From the human T2T-CHM13v2.0 reference genome, Homo sapiens, in NCBI RefSeq assembly GCF_009914755.1, contig NC_060926.1: a stretch of DNA of 64,000 nt; one strand, given 5' to 3'. Below, one piece after another: positions 13,305-23,760 of the stretch. Within the stretch, counting starts at the first letter, position 1. Every line of letters starts with the position of its first letter. The position numbers and the translations under genes were made by a program. The notes beneath the pieces were generated by a model. That model was not told the DNA's origin. It was given only the letters and a program-made list of their open reading frames with translations, and did not search any database.

Positions 13305-15524
13305 ACGGGTCACACGGAGTCTAAAAATTATGCTTATCTCTTCTATATTACACTCTGGTTAAAACAGAAAAGGGTTTGAGTGCCCATGGAAAAAATGGTC
13401 ACTCTATTCAGGGCAGTGGGAAAATACTGTCCTTGGTTTCCTAAAAAAGCAACCTTAGATGTGGACCTGTTAAAACAGGGAAGGGTCCGAGTAACCATGG
13501 AAAATATGGTCACTCTATTCAAGGCGGTGGAAAAATACTGTCCTTGGTTTCCTGAAAAGGGAACCATATGTAAAAGTATGGGATCGTGTTGGTGCAACAT
13601 TCCAGGAGCTGTTCCCGGCAGGGAAATGTGTTCCTGTCACTTTTTGGGGTGATTGGGCCTTGGTACATGTCGTCCTAATGACATACCAATCCCGTGACCC
13701 CCTACAGTTAACACAATTTTCTGAATGTGAGGACCCTCCACCTCTTCTCCAACTTTCCTCTCCCGCATGGACTTCGTTATCTGATCAGCCTCTCCCTTCA
13801 GCTACTCCTCCCCCACCTAACGATGCTGAAAATTCAATGTCTAACTCTGGTGACTTTGGCTTAACGTTACCCCCTGCTGACCTTGTTTCTTTTCACGAAG
13901 AGCCAGTACTTATAAGCTCCCGCGGCCACGACTCAGACAGCCCGGGACCATATACGCTAATTCTTCTCTCTTCAAACCTCCGGAGTCACCTAATGGCTCC
14001 AGGACCAAACTACAATTTACCTATAATTCTTCAGGCCCTACCCCATCCACTTCAGCCCCTCACTCTCCTGTCATTTCCATTCCTCAACCGGTCACTTTGC
14101 CATCCACTCAGCCTGCCTCTCTGTACCCTTCTTCACACATGCACACCAGTAATCACCAGGATACCTCTGCTCCTTCTGCTCCCTCAATGCCCCTTTCTCA
14201 CACTCTCATCCTGGTCCGACCCCCTCAACCTCAGTTTCCCTTATCTACACACGCTTTTCCTATCACTTCTATGCCAACTCTGTCTCAGATACCTACTCTT
14301 GAAACTTCAATGCAACACTTATTATGCCAAAACAAAGAAACAAGTGGATTAGACACGTGGGCTTACCCAGTCACACTAGAACCTCCTATCTTCCAAAGGG
14401 TACAAATGTGTCGTTATGTACCTCTTAATCTTAGCTTTTTAAAAGAATTTAAGGATGCTTGTACTCAGTATGGTCCTACTTCTCCTTATGTTAAATGGTA
14501 TTACAAACTTTTTGTACTGAGGTCATTTTGCTTCCTTTAGACTGGGACCTTTTGGCAAAAGCTTTTCTAACCCCATTAAAGCATTTACAATTTCGTATCT
14601 GGTGGTCAGAAGAGGCCCATCTGCAGGCTCAGCTAAATCGGACTAATAGTATTCTAATTACTCAGGCTCAGCTCACAGGCTCCGATAGTTTCTCTGATAC
14701 TTATGCCCAATTAAACTTTGATGCTCTTACCACAGAACAAGTAACAAAGGTGTGTATGAGAGCTTGGGATAAATTATGCGCCCCAGGCCAAGCTCCTGTT
14801 TCTTTTACTATGGTTAAACAAGGTCATGATGAATTATACCCTGATTTTTTAGCTAAATTACAAGATGCCATTGAAAAATCTGTCTGATGAGCATGCTCAA
14901 GGTATTCTTTTTCATATGTTAGCTTTTGAAAATGTGAACCATGAGTGTAAAATGGCCATGCATTCCATCCAATGACAAAATTTACCTGATCACGAGGTGT
15001 TCCCTGCATATATTAAAGCTTGTGAAGGCATTGGATCAGACACCCACAAAGCTATTCTGTGGGCACGGGCCATGAAGGACCAATCAAACTGGCCCCACTA
15101 ATTCTTTTCTTGGAGCCTGCTATAATTGCAGTCAACTTGGTCATACTCAGAAAAATTGCACTGTTAAAAACTTAAAAGCGGCCAAGCCGGCTCAACAAAC
15201 ATGGCCAAATGCTGCTGCTACTGTTTGCTCACGTCGTCGCAAGGTAAACATTGGGCAAGTACTTGCCACTCTAAGTATGATACAGATGGAAACCCCCTAC
15301 CACAGAACCAGGGAAATGGGAAGTGGGACCAGTCCCAGGCCCCAATATCAAATGGGATGCTTCAGACTCAGACCAACATTGCATTTCCACTTCAGGCAGT
15401 CCCAACGCAGCCCCCAGCACAAACAAATTTACCTACAGTCAACCCAGATGGGTCCCAGCCTCTTCTTCTCAGTACAATGCTTGTCCACCTCCACGTTAGG
15501 GGTTGGGGCGGTCGATCTCTGTAG
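13305..15524 (+). pseudogene. gag: ERV gag (MA-CA-NC), disrupted
   Basis: Start mutated to ACG (ACG GGT CAC ACG GAG TCT AAA, i.e. MGHTESK), MA motif AVEKYCPWFPEKGT, CA motifs FKDACTQYGPTSPY and VKQGHDELYPDFLAKLQDA, intact CCHC knuckle CYNCSQLGHTQKNC at 15118-15159, second knuckle frameshifted. Many stops and frameshifts. Candidate major splice donor GTGAGT at 13273. Confidence 0.88.
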
Positions 15525-16092
15525 CACTATTCCTCTAAATTTACTACCTAACTCTTTGCCTTTAATTGTCCCCACAGGGGTCACTGGCCCTTTACCTCAA
15601 GGTTTGGTGAGCCTGGTGTTAGGTAGGGCATCCACCTCTGCTAAAGGAATCACCATTCATACTGGTCTCATTAATTCTGATTCAGTTGACGAGATTAAAC
15701 TAATCGTGTCTGCCAAGCTTCCTGTTTCCATTCGGGCCGGTGACTCAATTGCTCAATTGCTTTTACTACTTAATATCGTTTTAAACAAAGGAGATAAGAC
15801 ACGTGGCCCTGGAAGGGGCTCCAGCAGCGAAAAGGCCGCTTATTGGATTAATGTAATTTCTGAACAACAGCCTACCTCCATACACATTCAAGGAAAAAAG
15901 TTTGAGGGTTTAGTAGATACTGGGGCTTAAATTAACATTCCACCTAACTCTTATAGTACTCCCAGTCAGCATATGATGGAAAACATGCGGTATGTTCCTG
16001 GACTCCGTCTCCGTCCAAAACATGAAGGGATTACTAAACCCCTCCCAATTACTATAAAAGAAGACAGGGCTGGTTTAGGTTATCCTTTTTAA
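15311..16092 (+). pseudogene. pro: ERV pro (dUTPase-like domain, truncated aspartic protease, G-patch)
   Basis: GGGAAAT slip-site-like heptamer 15311-15317. dUTPase-like motifs AVDL, PTGVTGPLP, LGRAS, GLINSD, IAQLLLL. Protease FEGLVDTGA, then G-patch-like QHMMENMRYVPGLRLRPKHEG...GLGYPF*. Confidence 0.88.
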
Positions 16093-17625
16093 TGGCGGCC
16101 ACTGCCACGCCTCCTGATCCTATTCCTTTACAATGGAAATCTGACACACCCATTTGGATTCAGCAGTGGCTGCTCTCTAAAGAAAAACTGGAGGCTTTAA
16201 CTCAATTAGTTTCTGAACAGTTACAACTTAGAAATTTGGAACCTTCTTTCCCGCTGGAATTCTCCTGTGTTTCTAGTAAAAAAGAAATCAGGCAAGTGGT
16301 GGATGGTAACCAATTTAAGGGCCATTAATGCTGTAATTAAACCTATAGGAGCCTTCCAACTCGGCATGCCTGCCCCTGCTTTAATACCTAAAAATTGGCC
16401 TCTCATAGTTATTGATTTTTTTATATTGCTTTACATAAATCAGATTGTGAAAAATTTGCTTTTATTGTACCATCTATCAATAATCAAGAGCCTGCAGCTC
16501 ATTATCAATGGAAAGTACTTCCTCAGGGAATGCTAAATAGCCCTACAATCTGCCAGCTTTATGTTGGGCAAGTGCTTTCACCAGTTCGAGCCCAGTTTCC
16601 CCAGGCCTATATTCTTCATTATATTGATATTTTAATTGCTGCCCCCACTGATAAAGAATTGACTGTTATCAAATTTTGAGCTGCTGTGTTAGAGGCTGGA
16701 TTACACATCGCTCAGGACAAAATTCAACAGACCACTCCTGTTCAATATTTAGGAATCATGGTCGATAAACATATTCAACCTCAAAAAGTTCAAATTAGGA
16801 GAGATTATTTGAAAACTTTAAATGACTTCCAAAAACTTTTGGGTAACATTAATTATTTAACACCTACTTTAGGCATTCCGACCTATGCACTAACTTGTTT
16901 TCTATGCTGCGGGGAGATTCCAATCTCCGCAGTCCCAGGACTTTGACCCCTGAGGCTTCACTAGAACTGGAATTCGTAAAGAATTCAGACCACCCAGTTA
17001 TCTAGAGTACAGCCGTTTCAGCCTTTTCAGCTTCTGGTTTTCGCCTCATTGCACTCCCCTACTGGGCTAATAGTTCAACATAATGATTTAGCGGAGTGGT
17101 GTTTTCTTCCTCATTCTGTGTCAAAAACTTTGTCTGTTTATCTGGACCAACTGGCCATCTTAATTGGACAGACTCGGTGTAGAATACTTAAAATTTCCGG
17201 ATTTGATCCGAATTTAATTGTAGTTCCTTTAAATCGGCTCGAAGTTCAAGTCACCTTTCAACATTCCATACTGTGGCAAATTCACTTGACTGATTTTATT
17301 GGCATTATTGACATTCATTATCCAAAAAACAAATTGTTTGATTTTATAAAAATGACTTCTTGGGTGGTCCCTCGATTGACCAAAGATCAGCCCATTCCTG
17401 AGGCTGTTACAGTGTTCACTGATGGCTCCAGTAATGGAAATGCTGGTTATGTAGGTCCTACAAACAAGCTTATTTCTACCCCTTATACCTCTGCTCAAAA
17501 GGCAGAGTTAAATTGCTGTAATTACTGCCTTATAGGATTTCCCCAAAACCTTTAAATATTGTCTCTGATTCTAGTTAACGTGGGAAAGAGAATATGCTTG
17601 TGTGTCACCAGGAGATCATCAAAGG
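16092..17625 (+). pseudogene. pol: ERV pol (RT, partial RNase H, integrase almost entirely deleted)
   Basis: [31 protein letters not shown] (~16518), YID-I (16620-16631, YIDD with one Asp codon lost), [13 protein letters not shown], RNase H VFTDGSSNG..SAQKAEL..NIVSDS, then IN C-terminal TWEREYACVSPGDHQ. Confidence 0.88.
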
Positions 17626-17718
17626 AAAACCACAGGGAAAAGACGTCCGCGTCAAAAACCGCCCTCAGATGTGGTGAGATCTGTGCCAACTCCTTAGAAG
17701 CTGGCCCACCAAATCACA

Positions 17719-19731
17719 ATGGGTCTCATTCAATCCTCCCTGATGGCAACACAGACCCATCTAACCAATCCCACTTCTCCTAATTACCTTTCTTTTTCTC
17801 CTTACAAACCTAAAAATCTCACCATTTATATTAGCCTGAAAATAACATCCCTCTGTTCTTCTCTTCCTCTTTCGGCACTGAATCTCGCTTACACTAGGTT
17901 TTATTTAATGATTCCCCTCCTTATACTTTCTGTCTCACCAGTTTCCTTTCACACTGATTTACCGGCTACACAAAATTATTCTTATTGGGCTTATGTGCCT
18001 TTTCCTCCACTTATTCGACCACTCACCTGGATGGACGCTCCTGCAGAAATCTACACTAATGATAGTGTGTGGATGCCTGGAGCTACAGATGACCGTTGCC
18101 CCGCTCAATCAGGAAAAGGCGGCACTGCATTTAATGTTACCATGGGTTACAAACACCCACCTCTGTGCCTCGGACATGCACCTGGTTGTATCCATCTAGA
18201 AACTCAAGTCTGGGCTGCTTATCTTCCAGAGAGATCAGCTACAGAGAAACCAGGACATTTGGTCTCCAGCCTCTCCCTTTCTCCTTTAAGACAAATGAAA
18301 GGGGGAGTAATGGGAGATATCCCATACTTTCAATATAAACCTGCAGGAAAACCATGCCCTAAAAATTTTGAGGGCCCATCTAAAACCTTAATTTGGGAAG
18401 ATTGTGTTAACTCACATGCAGTAATGTTTATAAATGACTCATATGGTTTAGTAATAGACTGGGCACCAAAGGGCTATTTAAAAAACAAGTGCTCTTCTGG
18501 TGGAAGGGAATGCCTGGAGGCTACTTATTTTATTTCTTATTGGGAGAACGAGAATCATCATTCTACTTTGCATAGGAGGTTCAGCTCATTCTTTTCCTTA
18601 AAATGGGAAGATAAAGGCATTACCCCCATCTGAGGCCTCGTATGATATTCCCCATTCTGAGTCCAGAACACCCACAACTTTAGAAATTGGCTATTGCCAT
18701 GTCTGGACTGCAAGTATGGGAAGGGGAAACTATTTTGTCTGTTGTCCCTGCTACCGTCCCCCTCTCTCACTATCAACGTAGATCCAGACATTCTGTTTTA
18801 CTTACCTCCAACCTGTTTCCACAAAGAGTTGTGTTAAGCCTCCTTACATGCCATTAGTGGGAAATATCAAAATTTGGACGAAGAATCAAACTGTCCAATG
18901 CATTGTCATTTATACACTTGTATTAACTCCCATTTTGACTCCAGGAAAAGTATAATGTTGGTTCGAGCTGGAGAAGAAATCTGGATTCCGGTAACTTTGC
19001 CCAGACCTTGGGAATCCTCCCCCTCAATACATTTAATTAATGAAGTGTTACAGCGAATTCTTTAAAGATCTAAGAGATTTGTTTTCACTTTAATTGCTGT
19101 GATCATGGGCCTAATTACAGTCACTGCAATGGCCACCACTGCCGGAATGGCGTTACATCAGTCTATTCAAACAGCTCATTTTGTTAATGACTGGCAAGCC
19201 AATTCCACCAAATGTTGAATTCTCAACAAGGCATTGACCAAAAATTGGCTAATCAAATTAATGATTTAAGACAGTCTGTTATTTGGCTTGGAGATCGGGT
19301 AGTGAGTCTCGAACATCACATGCAAATGCAGTGCGACTGGAATACTTCAGATTTCCGTATCACCCTGTATTCCTATAACGAGACTGATCATTCATGGGAA
19401 ATGGTCAAAGGACACCTTCTGGGTAGGGAAGATAATTTATCATTGGACATGACTAAATTAAATAAACAAATTTTTGAAGTCTCTCAAGCTCATTTATCCA
19501 TTGTGCCTGGAGCTGAGGCGTTAGATCAGGTGGCAGAAAATCTTTCTGGACTAAACCCCACAACTTGGATTAAGTCTATTGGGGGCTCCACTGTAGTAAA
19601 TTTCGGAATTATGTTTCCCTGTTTAATCGGCTTGTCTTTAGTGTGCTGGACCAGTCAAAGAATCCTGCGTCAAAATCGAGAGAACAAGCCTTCATCACCA
19701 TGGCACATTTATATAAAAAGAAAGGGAGAGA
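17719..19731 (+). pseudogene. env: ERV env (signal peptide, SU, TM), disrupted after codon 304
   Basis: NYSYWAYVPFPPLIRPLTWMDAPAEIYTNDSVWMPG (HML-type SU), furin site RSKR 19066-19077 followed by fusion peptide [19 protein letters not shown] segment [29 protein letters not shown]. Confidence 0.9.
19715..19731 (+). promoter_or_regulatory. Polypurine tract
   Basis: AAAAAGAAAGGGAGAGA immediately before the TG of the 3' LTR. Confidence 0.85.
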
Positions 19732-20745
19732 TGTTGCAGGAAGTCAGGGACCCTGAACGGAGGGACCGGCTGAAGCCATGGCAGAAGAACATAAATTGTG
19801 AAGATTTCATGGACAATTTGTTAGTGCTCCAAATTAATACTTTTATAATTTCTTATGCCTGTCTTTACTGCAGTCTCTGAACATAAATTGTGAACATTTC
19901 ATGGACATTTATCACTTCCCCAATCAATACTCTTATAATTTCCTATGCCTGTCTTTACTTTAATCTCTTAATCCCATCATCCTTATAAGCTGAGGATGTA
20001 TGTCACCTCAGGACCCTGTGATGATTGCGTTAACTGCACAAATTGTTCCCAAAGCATGTGTGTTCGAACAATATGAAATCTGGGCACCTTGAAAAAAGAA
20101 CAGGATAACAGCGATGTTCAGGGAACAAGGGAGATAACCATTAGGTCTGACTGCCTGGAAGCCACGCAGGACAGAGCCATATTTCTCTTATTGCCAAAAA
20201 CGAGTAAGAGAAATATTGCTGAGTTCTTTCCCCAGTAAGGAATATTAATAATTAACAGCCCTGGGAAAAGAATGCATTCCCGGCCGGGGAGGGGGGCCTC
20301 TAAAATGGCCGCTCTGGGAGTGTCTGCCTTATGCAGTTGTAGATAGGGATGAAACACACCCTAGTCTCCTGCAGCACCCCCAGGCTTATTAGGATTAGGA
20401 AATTCCTGCCTAGTAACCTCATTAGTAATTCTAGTTTTGCCCTGGCCTGGTGACCTTGCCCTGCCCATTTGCCTTGTGATATTTTGTTGCCCTTGAAGCA
20501 TGTGATCTCTGTGACCCACACCCTATTCATACACTCCCTCCCCTTTGAAAATTGCTAATAAAAACTTGCTGGTTTTATGGCTCGGGGGCATCACGGAACC
20601 TGCTGACATGTGATGTCTCACCCAGACACTCAGCTTTAAAATTTCTCTCTTTTGTACTATTTCCCTTTATTTCTCAGACTGGCCGACACTTAGGGAAAAT
20701 AGAAGAGAACCTATGTTGAAATACAGGGGGCTGGTTCCCCCGTTA
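19732..20745 (+). mobile_element. 3' LTR, MER11 type (83-bp internal deletion relative to the 5' LTR)
   Basis: Direct repeat of 12045-13146. AATAAA at 20557-20562. Confidence 0.9.
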
Positions 20746-22556
20746 GACATAGGCCTGCAGTTTCGTTTTCTGATGCGTCTTTGTTTGGTTTTGGTATCAG
20801 GGTAATACTGCCCTCGTAGAATGAGTTTTAAAGTATTCCCTCCTCCTATTTTTCAGACTAGTTTGAGTAGGATTGGTACTAGACCCTCATTAAATGTTTG
20901 GTAGAATTCAGCAGTGAAGCCATTCAGGTTCTGGACTTTTTACTGGGAGACTTTTCATCACAACTTTTATCTTATTACTTGTTATTGGTCTGTTCACACC
21001 CTGGGTTTCTTCATGGTTCAGTCCTGGAAGATTGTACGTATATAGGAATTTATCCATTTCTTCTAGATTTTGCAATTTATTGGCATACAGTTGCTCACAG
21101 TAGCCGCTAATAATCCTCTGAATTTTGTGGTATCGGTTTTAGCATCTCCTTTTTTCATCTCTGATCTTTTGGGGTCTTCTTTTTTCTTAGTCTGGCAAAA
21201 GATGTGTCAGTTTTTGTTTTGTTTTGTTTTGTTTTATCTTTTCAAAAACCCAACGTTTTATTGATCTTTTGTCCTGTTTCTTCATTTCAATTTCATTTAT
21301 CTCTGCTCTGAGCTTTGTTATTTCTTTTTTTCCACTAATTTTGTTTGGCTTGCTCTTGCTTTTCCCTTTCTTTAAAATCCATCATTAGGTTTTTATTTAA
21401 AGTTTTTCTTCTTTTTGATGTAGGCACTTATAGCTATAAACTTTCCTCTTTGTATCATTTTTGCTGTATCCTCATAGATTTTGGTATGTCATGTTTCCAT
21501 TATTAATAAATTTTTCAATTTCTTAATTTCTTCATTGACTCACTGGTCATTCAGGAACATATTATGTAATTTCCATGTGTTTGTATGGTTTCCAGAATTC
21601 CTAATATTGATTTCTGGTTTTATTCCATTGTGGTCAGAGAAGATGCTTGATATTATTTGAATTTTCTTCTTTATTTCCAACCTGTTTCTTTGGCTCTAAT
21701 ATTTGCTTTATATATGAGTGCTCCAATAGTTAGGTGCATATATATTTACAATTGTTATATCCTATGCTGAATTGACCCCTTTATCATTATATGGTGACCT
21801 TCATTGTCTCTTCTTATAGTTTGTGTCTTGAAATCTATTTTGTCTGACAACTACTAGAGAATATCTTTTTCCATCCCTTTTTTTGTCTGTGTGTGTCTTT
21901 ATAGGTGAAGTGTGTTTCTTGTGGGCAACAGATCACTGGGTCCTGTTTTTCTATCCATGCAGCCTCTTTATGTCTTGTGATTGGAGAGTTAGTCAACTTA
22001 CATTCAATATTATTACTGATAAGTAACGACTTACTCCTGCCATTTGTTTTTTGTTTTCTGGTTGTTTCGTAGTCTTCTCTTCCTTCCTGTCTTCCTCTTA
22101 GTAAAGGTGATTTTTTTCTGGTGTTATGACTTAATGTCTTGGTTTCTTAATTTTTTGTGTATCTGTTCCATGTTTTTTGATTTGAGGTTACCATGAGGCT
22201 TGCAAATACTATCTTATAACCCACTGTTTTATGCAGATAACAATTAACACTGCTTGTATAAATAGGCAAAAAGAAAACTAATAAAACTCTGCACTTTAAC
22301 TATGTCCCCCCACTTTATAGCTTTTTGTTGTTTCTATTTATATTTTACTATCCTTATGTCTTGAAAAAATTATAGTTATAATTTTTTATTGGCCCCTTTT
22401 AATTTCTCTAATTAAGGCTAGTTTACACACCAGTTATCATGTTATAATATTCTATGATTTTCTGTGTACTTATATTGCCAGTTAGTTTTACATCTTCAGA
22501 TGGTATCTTTTTGCTTATTAATCTTTTTCTTTTTTATTGAAGTACATACCCTTTAG

Positions 22557-22849
<293 letters not shown>

Positions 22850-23441
22850 AGCTCTTTAGCATTTCTTGTAGGACAGGTCTGGAGCTGATGAAATCCCTTG
22901 GCTTTTGTTTGTCTGGGAAAGTCTTTATTTCTCTTTCATGTTTGAAGGATATTTTCATTGGATATAGTATTCTAAGGTAAAAGGTTTTTTCCTTCGGCAT
23001 TTGAAACATGTCATGCCACTCTCTTGGCCTGTAAGGTTTCTACTGAAAAGTCTACTGCCAGCCATATTGGAGCTCCATTGTATGTTGTTTCTTTTCTCTT
23101 GCTCCTTTTAGTATCCTTGCTTTATCCTTGTCCTTTGGGAATTTTATTATTAAATGTCTCGAGTTAGTCCTCTCTGGGTGAAATTTGCTTAGTGTCCTAT
23201 AACCTTCTTGTACTTGGATATTAATATCTTTCTCTAGGTTTGAGAAGTTCTCTGTTATTATCCCTTCGAATAAACTTTTTACCCCTATCTCTTTCTCTAC
23301 CTCCTCTTTACAGACAATAACTCTTAGATTTGCCCCTTCAAGGCTACTTTCTAAATCCCGTAGGTGTGCTTATTTTTATTCTTTTTTCTTTTGTCTTCTC
23401 TGATTGTGTATTTTCAAAAAGCCTGTCTTCAAGCTCACTAA

Positions 23442-23760
<319 letters not shown>

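Larger units (their letters stand above)
12045..20745 (+). mobile_element. HERV-K(HML-8)/HERVK11-type provirus: LTR-gag-pro-pol(deleted)-env-LTR, defective
   Basis: Two ~1 kb direct-repeat LTRs, tRNA-Lys-like PBS, PPT, betaretroviral gag/dUTPase-pro/G-patch/RT/env remnants. Degenerate 6-bp TSD GATATG (12039-12044) / GACATA (20746-20751). Confidence 0.92.

Noticed and set aside
12045-20745. Possibility of a replication-competent or recently active provirus
   Set aside because: Gag start is ACG, there are many stops and frameshifts, protease and integrase are deleted, YIDD is broken, and the LTRs are ~8% diverged outside one block.
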